A model generated the notes under the pieces. That model had not been told where the DNA came from, did not search any database, and was given only the letters and a program-made list of their open reading frames with translations. The position numbers and the translations under genes are program-made. 64,000 bases of DNA from Octopus sinensis (taxonomy: Eukaryota): the NCBI RefSeq assembly GCF_006345805.1, contig NC_043002.1, positions 11,780,001 through 11,844,000 on the forward strand, written 5' to 3'. Positions 26,160 through 38,392 of this stretch are shown one piece after another (positions within the stretch are counted from its first letter, which is position 1; every line of letters begins with the position of its first letter).

Positions 26160-26422
26160 CCGTGACCGACCAGGCTGTCAGATGTTGCTACACATCGCTG
26201 GTCACAATGCGCTTCGCATTGTTTTAGCCCAGCCGGCTAAGCGAGCAGGCCAACAGAAGAAAGAGTGAGAGAAAGTTGTGGCGAAAGAGTACAGTATAGT
26301 CGCCCCCCCCCTACCGGAGCCTCGTGGAGCTTTATATGTTTTTGCTCAATAAGCACTCACAACGCCCGTTCTGGGAATCGAAACCGCGACCCATTGACCG
26401 CGAGTCCGCTGCCCTAACCACA
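26160..26422 (-). mobile_element. tRNA-derived SINE (another family)
   Basis: The head on the minus strand is gtggttagggcagcggactcgcggtc...ggtttcgattccc. Confidence 0.7.
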
Positions 26423-26429
26423 ATTGTAA

Positions 26430-26474
<45 letters not shown>

Positions 26475-26587
26475 ATATATATTTATACACAAATATACAC
26501 ACACATCTATCTATCAATATATATATATATACACATATATGTCAATAGAAGCAATATAAATGTATGTATGTGTGTGCATATTCACAC

Positions 26588-26655
<68 letters not shown>

Positions 26656-27084
26656 TTATGTATGGGGGTAGATACACGCACACACATACGTACATATATG
26701 CAATATATTAACTTATACATACGTACCGATATCGTGTCAACGTATTTAATTCACAGCAGAGTACAACATTGTAAAGTTAACTAAGAATAAATACACGTTG
26801 ACAGATAATCAATATCGCTCATTGACTAATATTATTTTCATTTCTCTTGCACGCAAATATAGAATACATCTGTACATATGTCACGGTCTTAAGATGACCT
26901 CATCAGTATAAGATAACGTTCTCCCCAATTGCCTTAGTTGTGATAAATGTCTTCATAAGTAGTGTACTTAAAAAATAATGTGCAGTTTTCGACCTAGGAA
27001 AATAGAATCGTTTACAAATTAGACAATTTAGAGCTGCAATAATAATAATAATAATGGTTTCACGTTTTTGGCACATGACCTGGA

Positions 27085-27272
27085 AATATGAAGGAGTGGG
27101 TATGGTATGTTGATTATATCAGTCGCAGCATTTAACTTGTATTTGTTCAATATAGCTCGAAAAGAAGAAATGTAAAATCGATCTCGGCCGAGTTTGAACT
27201 CGGGATGTGAAGACGGACGAAAGCCGCTAAGAATCTTTGCCCAGCGTGTTAACGATCCTGCCAGCTACTCGC
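27085..27272 (-). mobile_element. SINE family B, diverged
   Basis: Contains tttgaactcgggatgtgaagacggacgaaa and ends ctgccagctactcgcc. Confidence 0.65.
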
Positions 27273-27273
27273 C

Positions 27274-27330
<57 letters not shown>

Positions 27331-27379
27331 TAATAATAATAATAGTAATAATAATAATAATAATGATAATAATAATATA

Positions 27380-27411
<32 letters not shown>

Positions 27412-27434
27412 TATAATAATAATAATAATAATAA

Positions 27435-27484
<50 letters not shown>

Positions 27485-27509
27485 TAATAATAATAATAAT
27501 AATGATATC

Positions 27510-27566
<57 letters not shown>

Positions 27567-27568
27567 TA
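27274..27568. repeat. (AAT)n
   Basis: Seen directly in the sequence. Confidence 0.95.
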
Positions 27569-27569
27569 A

Positions 27570-28030
27570 AAGATGGGCTACAGCAAATATTCTGTTCAGT
27601 GCCACACATTTGCTTGTCAGTTGTTTGCCCTTAGCCAATTGAACATGTCTCTTAGTAGGTGACGGTATGTGCATCTCTGATCACGAGCAGAAGTAGTGGG
27701 GGAGCATCATAGCTATGTGTTGAAAAATTCTTAGAGGTTTGCATAATTCACCTTTAGAAACATGGGTGTTTTGTTCAACAACCTTAACCAAGCCTTATTC
27801 AGGGACCGTTTGAGCGGGATGGGCTACTCGACCAGAAGAAAATCCTAACTTGTCTCCACCTACTATGTCATGCGCCGTTTATCTTGATATGAGATCACTA
27901 CGTCGCGCACATATGGTTGTGACGCATGTGCTTGGTGTACCCTTAACATTTGGGTAGTCATGATGGGTATACTGGGCTTCGTATATTTTATCCCAGTGTC
28001 AATTTGATGGCATGCACTGCTCACTTACCC
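27570..28030 (-). mobile_element. Unclassified ~460-bp insertion inside an (AAT)n tract
   Basis: Complex, GC-richer sequence flanked by (AAT)n on the left and aataatgataataat on the right. Confidence 0.45.
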
Positions 28031-28094
28031 AATAATGATAATAATCATTTCTCCTGTAGTCAAAGACTTGAAATTTGAGCGGATGGTTGGAAGA

Positions 28095-28263
28095 CTAGTT
28101 CATTTCATCGAACCTAGTGTTTCACTGGTACTTAATTTATCGATCCCGAAATGATGAAAGGCAAAGTCACTCACGGCGGAATTCGAATTCAAAAAGTAGG
28201 GGCGGTTGAAGTACCGCTAAGCATTTTGTCTGCCGTGCTAACGATTGTGCCAGTTCACCGCCT
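28095..28263 (-). mobile_element. SINE family B, diverged
   Basis: Contains ctggtacttaatttatcgatcccgaaatgatgaaaggcaaagtc. Confidence 0.7.
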
Positions 28264-28916
28264 TAATAATAATGAGAATTTAGCTTTTCTATTTTCTATT
28301 TTTTCTATGTTTTCATTTTACTTTCTTACTTACTTTCCCTTTATTTTTCGCTATCACATAACTTGAATTTGTAAGTGAAAAATCTGGTATGTTTTATTTT
28401 AATGGCCTACCAATAAATGCGGTGAGTTTCTTTGCCTCAGTTATCGGGAAGATACTCGGCAGGAAATGGGAACAAAATTGAAAATATAATGATAATAATA
28501 ATTATAATAATGATTTCTTTATTAACCACAAGGGTTTACATGAAATCAAACTGTTATTGGGACTTAAAGAAAGCCAAGAACGTCCAGTTTTTTTTTTTGC
28601 CTGTCCTTCTAATTGTTGTTTCTCTTGTCCGCCTTTGTATCGTCTATCTCCGAACGTTTTAATTCCCTCTATTGCGTTTTTGTTCCAAATTCCCATCTCC
28701 ACATGTCCGGCTGTCGCCATGATAGATCGGTACCCACTACATACCTTTTTTTTCTCTCCTTGTTTCTCTCTTTGTTTATTTCTGTGTCCCTTTCTGCAGA
28801 AGAGCGTAGGCTCGAAACGTAAAAGACTTTTTTGTATTCGTGTGCGTTATACTAATACATATGTTTGTTTTCTACACCACCTGTCTTCGTCTTTTGTTTT
28901 TTTTCGTGAACTCTTC

Positions 28917-28962
<46 letters not shown>

Positions 28963-28968
<6 letters not shown>

Positions 28969-29118
28969 TATATAGAAGGAGCTTCTACAGGACTAGAACT
29001 GTTTCATTCAAGAGAAATCTTCAGGAAGCTAGTTAACAAGCTTGTTAACTAGCTTCCTGAAGATTTCTCTTGAATGAAACAGTTCTAGTCCTGTAGAAGC
29101 TCCTTCTATATAATAAAT
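28963..29118. repeat. 156-bp perfect palindrome with no spacer
   Basis: 78-bp arms centred on AAG|CTT at 29040/29041. Confidence 0.95.
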
Positions 29119-29184
29119 TAATTTTACTCTGCTATGTATTGAGTACCTTATTTACTGTGGTTAACCCCGAATCAACCCGGGACC

Positions 29185-29220
<36 letters not shown>

Positions 29221-29223
<3 letters not shown>

Positions 29224-30322
29224 GGATTGGACAAAATAATGGAAATATATAGCATCATAGCATCATAATTTTGAAATATCTATAACCCGTCAAAAGCTTG
29301 TTTATTTTTGGTGTTTTTTTATTTGTTATTAGTGTTGCTTAATATGTTTTGCTAAAATTGCTCTTTCTTTTCAGGTATCATCAGAAAAAAGTAATTAAAA
29401 TTCATTAAAATGACAGATCTCTCGGACTTTCAACGAGCTCAAATTGTTGGTGTTCATTTGGCAGGCGCTAGCGTAATGAAAACAGCCGAAATGTTTGGTC
29501 TATCAAGAAGTAGTGTCTCGAAAGTAATGACAGCCTTTGAGAAAGAGGGAAAAGCCTCCTCGTCGAAACAAAATTCCCGAAGAAAACCAAAACTTTCAGA
29601 TAGGGATCATCGGAATCTTACGCCTATTGTTAGAAATGATCACAAAAGTACAGCTCCCACATTTACTGCAGAGCTTAATGACCACCTCGAGAATCCAGTT
29701 TCCACAAAAACTGTTCGCCGGGAGCTGCACAAAGCCGGATTTCACGGTAGGGCTGATAAGAAAACTACTCCTTTCAAAAACAACCGATGCAAAGCTTTTA
29801 GATTTGAGAAAAACACAAAGAATTGGTCCCTATAGCAGTGGAAGAATGTTATTTTCTCGGACGAGTCATCTTTTACCTTATTTCCAACCACCGGCCGAGT
29901 ATACGTGTTGAGACAGCCAAAAGAAGCATTTGACCCAGACTGCCTTCTTCCAACTGTTAAACATGGAGGAGGGTCTGTGATGATCTGGCGGGGCTATATA
30001 TTGGAATTCCTCCGGCCCAATGGTTTCCCTTCATGGCAGAATTAATAGTCAATACTATTTACGCAATATATCTGATCAAATTCATCCTATGGTTGCGGAG
30101 CTGTTTCCGGAGGGAAATGCAATCTTTCGGGAAGTTGTTACTTAACGGCAGGAGGAACAGTGTAGTGAAGTTGAACATCTTATCTTGCCACCACAGCCCC
30201 CAGATCTCAACATTATTGAAAGTTTATGGGGCATTTTAGAAAAAAAGAAGTGATGGATCGATATTCTCCACCCTCATCGCTACAAGATCTGGAGACAGTT
30301 TTAACTGAAGAAGAGACAAAAA
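29221..30322 (+). mobile_element. Tc1-family DNA transposon, 3'-truncated
   Basis: Starts TA|CAGGGATTGGACAAAATAATGGAAA (TIR-like) and carries a transposase remnant. It is cut off by (TATG)n and I found no right TIR. Confidence 0.88.
29410..30290 (+). pseudogene. Tc1 transposase, frameshifted and partly deleted
   Basis: MTDLSDFQRAQIVG...RRKPKLSDRD...VSTKTVRRELHKAGFHGR; then FSDES, PTVKHGGGSVMIW and PDLNIIESLWG. The second catalytic Asp region (QDDNAP) appears deleted near 30125. Confidence 0.9.
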
Positions 30323-30368
30323 TGTATGTATGTATCTATGTATATAAGTATGTATGTATGTATGTATG

Positions 30369-30399
<31 letters not shown>

Positions 30400-30420
30400 G
30401 TATGTATGTATGTATGTTTG

Positions 30421-30451
<31 letters not shown>

Positions 30452-30500
30452 GTATGTATGTATGTTTGTATGTATGTATGTATGTATGTTTGTATGTATG

Positions 30501-30531
<31 letters not shown>

Positions 30532-30532
30532 G

Positions 30533-30563
<31 letters not shown>

Positions 30564-30602
30564 GTATGTATGTTTGTATGTATGTATGTATGTAAGTATG
30601 TA
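30323..30602. repeat. (TATG)n
   Basis: Seen directly in the sequence. Confidence 0.95.
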
Positions 30603-30952
30603 TACACATTTCCTAACACAAGCCTTGTCAATTGGAAAGTCTCTTCGCTGATTAACATACCACCTATTAGTAGAGTAAAACATACTCCATGAGACTATAT
30701 ACCCGGGTATTCCATCAACATACACCCGCCTGTGTCATCGAGGTGGGTGATGCCTTATATGGTCGACCAGCATATTAGAAATAGCAACTAAATTTCTTTC
30801 AAATCACAGCCTTCAATCCTAGATACACTATGCCTAAATATGAGCCTGCGTGGTCATCGCTAGAACAATTTTTATTCATGCAAGAGGATTAGGCTTACAC
30901 CGGTCTATACACATCAACTTCAACATCAACAATAAGCTAAGTCCGTCCTAAG

Positions 30953-31270
30953 AAGGCGCATGAGTGGTTAGAGCATCGGGCTCACAATCATGAGGTAGTG
31001 AGTTCGATTCGCAGATCGAGCCATGTGTGTTGTGTCCTTGAGCAAGAAACTTTATTTCACGTTGTTGCAGTTCACTCAGCTGTAGAAATGAGTTGAGACG
31101 TCACAGGTGCCAAGCTTTATCGGACCCTTTGCCTTTCTTTTGAGTAACATCGGTGGCGTGGAGAGGGGAGGCTGCTATGCATGAGTGACTGCTGGTCTTC
31201 CGTAAACGACCTTGCCCGGGCTTGTGCCTCAGAGTGTAACTTTCTAGGTGCAATCCCATGGTAATTCAAG
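30953..31270 (+). mobile_element. SINE family C
   Basis: Runs aggcgcatgagtggttagagc...gtccttgagcaagaaactttatttcac...ggtggcgtggagaggggagg. Confidence 0.75.
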
Positions 31271-31479
31271 ACCGAAAGAGGTTTTTACCCTTTCTCATCT
31301 CTTAAGATCTGCTTTATCACATATTTCATATTATGCACTAAATGGTTTAATGAACCTCGCCCTTTTTTCAACCCCACTGTTTGCGTCTTTTTATATAAGT
31401 TTTTGTCCCAAACAGGGTTTGAGGCCATTGTAGCGCCAGGGAATACAAAGAAAGAAAAGGGGCTTAAAATTCAAAAGCT

Positions 31480-31690
31480 GTCGATTCACAGAAAGCTTAC
31501 GTGCTTGAATATTATAGATTAGAGGAAAGCAAGATGAAGGTAACGAGTTTCAGAGAACTGAATTTCGAAGAAAGAAGCTTTTAGAATAAAGACTTATGGC
31601 TAGCAGGAAGCTCAACGGAGAAGCGATACACTTGGAGAGAGAAGCGGGTGATATGTTTAAAGGCCTTGGCAAGTTAAAGGCTATCTTTTC
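31480..31690 (-). mobile_element. Decayed CR1/Jockey-like LINE C-terminal remnant
   Basis: Translates to SLYSKSFFLRNSVL*NSLPSSCFPLIYNIQ, resembling the SFFPRT..LWNSLP motif. Confidence 0.5.
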
Positions 31691-31925
31691 GGGTCATGCC
31701 GACTTATAAGGGCCGGTTTCCCAGTTACCATGGTGTATGAATTTCTCACCTGGATCGGATACCGGTCCATTACAGGATTATTTGTTATTGCCAACTGAGT
31801 GATCTGCAGCAATATGAAATGAAGTGTTTTGTTAAAGAACACAACACGTCGTCTGGTCCAGGAATCGAAACCACAATATTGCGATCACGAGTCCAACACC
31901 CAAACAACTAAGCCACGCACCTCTA
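31690..31925 (-). mobile_element. tRNA-derived SINE (family C-like head)
   Basis: Contains ggaatcgaaaccac...aactaagccacgcac and gaacacaacac. Confidence 0.6.
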
Positions 31926-32783
31926 CGAAGGTTTTGACAGAGTGTACTAAACTAGAAATTTCATCAGAGCAATGACCTTAGTAAGAGTTAGAGAAAAGAC
32001 ACAATGAAGATACATGCCGACGATAAGCCAAAGACTCAAATACTCGTTTCTGAATTCGATCAAACAAGTTAAGATACTCGAAGAAGATCCAAGTCCAAAG
32101 AGGTCAACTGTATTCAATGCTTGGTCGAGTGAGGTTTTATAGAAATACAAAATATTCTCAAGTGTAAGAAATTTAATCTAAACTTTGAGAAGAGAGATCT
32201 AACTCGGTATGTCAATGGACTAGACATATTGTTTCCAAAGGGGATCCTTGGTCACAGTCAACAGACTTGGAAGTCCGATACTTTAAAGGAATGGCTACCT
32301 ATAACGATTAATAATTGACTGAATATTATAGATTTATTGGTCTGGAATTTTTTTAAGTTGTTTTTGTTTTTATTGATTATGCATCATAAACTCACGGACG
32401 AATATTTAAGAACGTTCACCTTCCCGTAAAATCTTTCCTCCATAACTGGACCACGATATCTTGCATTTGTCTCCGTATATAAACAACGAGGTACAACTTG
32501 ATAGTGACTGGCTGCTGTTTCTAGGAGAGCTCAGCGGTGTCAACAGAAAATTCTTCAAAGATGAGATTAACATCCATAAATCTTACTAATCTTGGAGGGA
32601 CTATATATCACATGAGGTTTTCCCCTCTCCCGCTCTACTTCCTCTTCCTCCTGCTCCTTTCCGTTCTCCTCTTCACCCATCCTGTTTCTCAGCCCTTTAT
32701 TTCTCCACTCCCAGCTACTCCTCTTCTGACTCATTAAATGCAAAAATATACATTTACACATAAATATATACCTTATAGCTATA

Positions 32784-32843
<60 letters not shown>

Positions 32844-32881
32844 ATATACATGCATATATAATGTGTATGCGCGCGTGCATG

Positions 32882-32912
<31 letters not shown>

Positions 32913-33807
32913 TATATATGTGTGTGTTTAAATACGTAAATAAGAAGATATTTCCCCATATTAGTATAAATGCTTATACACACACACACACAAACACATA
33001 CACACACGCACACACACACACACACATAATACGTATATAGTGCATGTATTTACATTTGTGTGTGTATACATACATACAAACATACGTACATATAAGTATA
33101 TAAATTTATATATATATATGTATACATATATACACACATGTATATTTGTGTATGTATATATGTACATATATGATGTATACTGTGAAATCTCTAACGTTTC
33201 TTCCCTTGTATATGTATATCAAGTGGTATGTTTATCTTTTATTTATGTAATTTTCGGTTTCTATTGGGAGTTTCTTTGAAAGATCTACGTTAGATAGCAG
33301 AATGGTGGTAAGAATCATTACCATCTTGAAGCACTTGGCAGCGAGATAAAGCAGAGTACAACATGGCGGTGTATGTGTGGAGGGCTGATATCTCATAAAG
33401 GGGAGAAAATACACATTTCTCGATTTGATATTATGGCGAAATCATTCTTGATAATTTATCGATTATTATAAATCTTTTAGGGCAACGTCTCACATATATA
33501 ATATAATGATTTGAAAAACTTCGATTAACTGAGATCAACCATGCAATTATTTATGAAAAAAACTCATAGCAAAGAGTGTTCTAAATCTAAACATTAAAAA
33601 AATGGAGGAAACTCAAAAAAAAAAAAACTCAATTAATTCAGTTATTTTTTAATAAATAAAACATTCATAAAATGTGGAACTAGAAGGGAAATCTGGTCCT
33701 TAACACTTTTCCTACTCAGACCCATTTTGCGCCATATGTCCTTTTGCACAACTTGTCTAATTAGATTCTAAGTTATAAGTTTTTAAAATTGTTTTTAGCC
33801 ATATACA

Positions 33808-34205
33808 GGCGCATGCGTGGTTGTGTTGTAAAAGGTTTGCTTCCCAACCATTTGGTTTTCGATTGCGTGGCAACTTAAGCAAGTATCCTCTACCGTAGCC
33901 TCGGGTCGACCAAAGCCTTGTGAATGGATATGGTAAACGGAAACTGAATGAATCCTGTCTTCCGTTTATCTATCTATCTATCTATCTATCTATGTTTTGG
34001 TGTCCATGTTTTCTCCCCAGATGCATACTCCTTGACAACCGGTGTTGGTGTGTTTATGACCGCGTAACTTACTGGATCGGCAAAAGGACGCCGATAGAAT
34101 AAGTACCAGGCTTGAAATAAAATAAGTACTGGGGCTGATTCGTTCGACTGATGTTCTTCAAGGCGGTGCCCCAGCATGGTCGCAGTCTAAACATGTAAAG
34201 GATGA
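33808..34205 (+). mobile_element. SINE family A, diverged
   Basis: Contains gccttgtgaatgg, ttgacaaccgg and ggcggtgccccagcatgg. Confidence 0.75.
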
Positions 34206-34227
34206 AAAAAGAGGAAAAATACATACA

Positions 34228-34443
34228 CAGTAATTCCTCAACTATCGCGGGTATTACGTTCCAAAACCTCTCACAGAAATAATTAAAATCTAAAAACATA
34301 TAAGTGCCTATTAGCTGCAGAAAGTCGGATACAAATTTACATATATTAGTCATAAAAATCCGCGATCTCCTGAGTGCGTGATAGGTGAACCGCAATGTAC
34401 TGATTGCGCGATAAATGAACCGCGATATGGCGAGGGGTTACTG
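34228..34443. mobile_element. Tigger/pogo-like MITE
   Basis: Imperfect TIRs cagtaattcctcaactatcgcgg and ccgcgatatggcgaggggttactg, with TA on the right. Confidence 0.75.
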
Positions 34444-34744
34444 TACGTTCAAGTTCACTATATAAACTACCACAAAGATTCATAGCATGGATATCACCGG
34501 TTACTCTTACGGTGCAAAACGTATATTATATTCATTCTGTCCCGCAGAAGTCACAGGTGATACGCTTGTTAATATATGTTAAAATGCCCAATATTCCTCC
34601 ATGTTTCCATTTGTTTATAAATGTTTCTACTGATTATATTTCAGATTATATTATATAAAACTTAATGGCTTCTTATCCACAATGCATACGTTAGGACTCT
34701 ATAATATTTGCATCTATGAAGGATGGGCCCTTAACTCATAATGT

Positions 34745-34746
34745 TA

Positions 34747-34806
<60 letters not shown>

Positions 34807-34842
34807 TAATAATAATGATAATAATAATAATAATAATAAATG

Positions 34843-34908
<66 letters not shown>
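34745..34908. repeat. (AAT)n
   Basis: Seen directly in the sequence. Confidence 0.95.
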
Positions 34909-34912
<4 letters not shown>

Positions 34913-35095
34913 AAGCGGAGAGCTGGCAGAATCGTTAGTACACCGAACAAAATGCTTGGCGGCATTTCATTCGTCTTTAAGTTCTGAGTTCAAATTCCTT
35001 CGAGGCTGAGAATAAGAACCAGTTGCGTACTGGGGTCGATGTTATCGACTTTCCCTCTTTCTCGAACCTTCTGGTATTATGCCAAAATTTTAAAA
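34913..35095 (+). mobile_element. SINE family B, partly deleted
   Basis: Starts aagcggagagctggcagaatcgttag and contains gttctgagttcaaattcc. Confidence 0.7.
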
Positions 35096-35364
35096 CTATA
35101 TAAAGATAATAGGTGAAATCCCTAATTTGTTATTAAAGAATAACTGTATACGATGACTCTTATATTTTAGTTCCAGACTTTGCGCAGTCAAAGACTGGAT
35201 TGATGATACATCTACAACCTTTCTTTTAGAAGTCTCTTTAAAGTATGGCTTATTTTATGTTCAGGATGTAAAGGAAGTTTTGTCACTTAAACTACATATC
35301 TTCTCGACATAGCGAAACAAATATACTCAGCCCCTGGGGTAGGGGCATATGCCTACGACACTCA

Positions 35365-35790
35365 CGAGAAGAATAACGAGTCCGTCAGAGTAGTTCAGCT
35401 TGAGTTTCGAGGCCACTTCAATATTCACCGAAATCAGGCTGTTCCCACTCGTAACACAATCTTCCGTTGAGTGAATTCACTCCGTATACGAGGTACGATA
35501 ATGAATAAGAGACTTGTGGGGGTGCCACGAACGGTACGGACCTCGAAGAATGTGGAAACCATCAGACAAGCATTCCACTGAACTTAGCATTGGTAATCGA
35601 TCGGGAAGGTGTGCTTTGCATAAAGACCTGCATTTCCACCCCTACAAATTGGTCTTTCGGCAACAATTGAAACCACGGGGCTATGTACAGAAGCAATGCT
35701 GGAGAGAGTGGGACCCAACTTCCAAGAATACCTTCAGAAATGCATCAATGAAAACGGACACCTCATGATGGATGTTGTTTTCCACACTTA
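35365..35790 (+). mobile_element. Internally deleted mariner-like element (DUF4817-type HTH)
   Basis: KNNESVRVVQLEFRGHFNIHRNQAVPTRNTIFR* ... LHKDLHFHPYKL is joined directly to a C-terminal segment (MLERVGPNFQEYLQKCINENG). Confidence 0.7.
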
Positions 35791-36154
35791 ATTTTGACAA
35801 ATGCTAATTCAATATTAATACATTGATGTCAATAAAATTTGCTTGCAGATAAAATTAATGATTTTGTGAATTTTTCAAAAACGTCCGTCCTCTCTGCCCC
35901 ACTCGATACTCCCCCATAACTAAAACAACATTAATAATAGAAACATCAAATTCATCAAATATAAACCGAAGAGAGAGACTCGACGCATTACTGTACCTAC
36001 GAGGAATGGAAGGAGATATGTTTCCAGACGAAACTTTACCTTCAGTAATGAGGAAAGGATAATACCTTCTTTCTATAATCAGGAATGTGGCATCTCAAAG
36101 CAACCACGTTACTCGTTGATATTGATGCAGTAGGAATAACCTTAAAATGTGCAA

Positions 36155-36700
36155 ATACTAGGCTGAGGTAAAAGTTTGTGCGCCGTGTTAAAGCAAAGAT
36201 TTTTTATGCAAGAATCTATTCCAAAACAACAACTATTCTTCAAAATAAAGACCATCATTTTCCACGACCTTCTACCAACGATCTGCAAGCTTTCGGAATT
36301 GTTCAAAGTATTAATCTTTCGACTTTGAATCGAAAAATTCTTCACATGCTTCTTCAGCTTCATCAAATGACTCAAATTGGTGACCTTTCATAAAGCGCTG
36401 CATTGATCAGAAGAGACCGTACTCAGAAGTAGCAACGTCTGAATTATAGGCTGGGTGCGGCAGAACTTCCACACCGTCCAGTTCTTCAATCTTGTTGCTG
36501 GTCATTCTGGCTTTGCATTGTCTTGTTGAAACAAAGCGCGTTTTCGACGAACAAGTCTTGGGTATTTTTCAACCAGTGCATCGTAGACTCGATCAGGTTG
36601 CACACAGTAATATTCAGCGTTGATGGCGAAACCATTCGGCACACTTTCGGTGCACGAACTTTTTCCTCAAACTGAGCTGGCGGAGCAACACAGTCCCAAA
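36155..36700 (-). mobile_element. mariner (Mos1-like DD34D) transposase C-terminal fragment with TIR-like end
   Basis: After frameshift repair reads ALFQQDNAK...VLPHPAYNSDVATSEYGLF*SMQRFMKGHQF...LADRW*KVVENDGLYFEE. Ends in tactaggctgaggtaaaagtt at about 36155-36175. Confidence 0.8.
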
Positions 36701-36715
36701 TACACACACACACAC

Positions 36716-36746
<31 letters not shown>

Positions 36747-36748
<2 letters not shown>

Positions 36749-36927
36749 CGATGGGTTTCTTTCAGTTTCCATCTTCGAAATCCAATAACAAGACTTTTAT
36801 CGGCCCGAGTGTATGGTAAAAAACAAACAAAAAAAAACAGTTGCCCAAATTACCACGCAGTGGGACTGAACCCGGCACCATAGGGTTGTGAAGAAAATTT
36901 CTAACCATAAACCACACCTGCGCCTAT
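36747..36927 (-). mobile_element. SINE family A, 5' half
   Basis: Contains cgcagtgggactgaacccgg and ends cacctgcgccta. Confidence 0.7.
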
Positions 36928-37096
36928 ATCATGTCTGAATCCTTGTGTTTTATTGTATACTTTCATTTATCCTGTGCAAATAAAGAAAATCTGAATGATA
37001 TGAATAATCTATTGATCGTTAATGATTTTTCTGATAACGGGATTGAAACAATTCATAACTGGCGTTGGTGAGGAGACTTCTAGATAAAAAGCTCAT

Positions 37097-37325
37097 CAGG
37101 TGCGGGTAGGGCTGCGTAGTTAAGAAGGTCGCTTTGCAACTAATTGGTTCTGGGTTCAACCCCTGTTGTATTCTTTCGTCCCAACTTTTTCTCACTCTTT
37201 CTTTCTGTTTCTTGAGTAACGCTGAGATGGACTGGCGTCCTATCCAGCTGGGGGCGAGTAACACATACGCCATAGAAACCGGGAAACCGGGCCCATGAGC
37301 CTGGCTAGGCTTGAAAAGGCGGCTT
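37097..37325 (+). mobile_element. tRNA-derived SINE with gatggactggcgtcctatccag tail
   Basis: Head gtagttaagaag...ctgggttcaacccc. Shares aactttttctcactctttc with the 26160 element. Confidence 0.6.
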
Positions 37326-37346
37326 AAATAATTAAATTATATATAT

Positions 37347-37394
<48 letters not shown>

Positions 37395-37725
37395 CATATG
37401 TGTGTGTGTGTTTTCGTATTTATGCCCAACAGTCCCTGCCTCTTGACAATAGGTGTTTGTTTGCTCGTAACTTAGCGGTTCGGCAAAAGAGAATGTAGAG
37501 TAATCACCTGACAGAAAAAAATACATAAGTAATGGGGTCGATTTCTTCAACTAAAAACGCTTCAAAGTGGTGCCGAACCTCTAGATTACAGAGAAGTAAA
37601 CAAACCAACACTGGCTGTAAATCGGTGGAGGGAACAACCACACACACGTGATGGGATCCCAATGTTTCTTTCTATCAAATTCACTCACAAAACATTGGTT
37701 GGCCAAAGGGTATAGTAGAAGACAT

Positions 37726-37958
37726 GGAAGGCGGCGAGCTGGCAGAACCGTTAACACACCGGGCGAAATGCGTAGCTGTATTTCGTCTGCCGTTACGTTC
37801 TGGGTTCAAATCCCGTCGCGGTCGACTTTGCCTTTCATCCTTTCGGGGTCGATAAATAAGTACCAGTTACGCACTGGAGTCGATGTAATCGACTTAATCC
37901 GTTTGTCTGTCCTTGTTTGTCCCCTCTGTGATTAGCCCCTTGTGGGTAGTAAAAAATA
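37726..37958 (+). mobile_element. tRNA-derived SINE, family B (Meta-like central domain, Tx1-like tail)
   Basis: Head ggcggcgagctggcagaa, core gtcgactttgcctttcatcctttcggggtcgat, tail cctctgtgattagccccttgtggg. Imperfect 15-bp TSD. Confidence 0.85.
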
Positions 37959-38074
37959 TACAGTAGTAGACATTTGCTCAAGTGACAAGTCAATGGGACT
38001 AAACTCGAGACCACGTGGTTGCAAAGCGGGCGATCGAGTACAAAGCAGTAACCCCCCCCCAAAAAAAAAAACAA

Positions 38075-38220
38075 GCAAAAAAAAACAGACGTGTCTTTCG
38101 ACACTTCTCTTCGTTTTCACTCAAGATTCCAAAACTGCTCACGCCTTTCGAGACATTTGTGTTGTGTACGAAGAAGGTGCTATCACTAAACGAACTGCAC
38201 AGAAATGGTTTACCTGTAAG
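38075..38220 (+). mobile_element. mariner transposase N-terminal HTH fragment
   Basis: Translates to LLFVFTQDSKTAHAFRDICVVYEEGAITKRTAQKWF. Confidence 0.75.
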
Positions 38221-38392
38221 AACAGTAGTTCTTAGCCGCAATCAATATGAACCGTGGTGAGTTCATATAAAATTCTGTTAAAATTTATCCGCCACAAATT
38301 GGTTATACAACATGCAAATCATTTTAACTTTTTTATTATAAAATTCCTGTTAATATTTAATTATAAAAGTACACTATTACTTTTTTAATATA

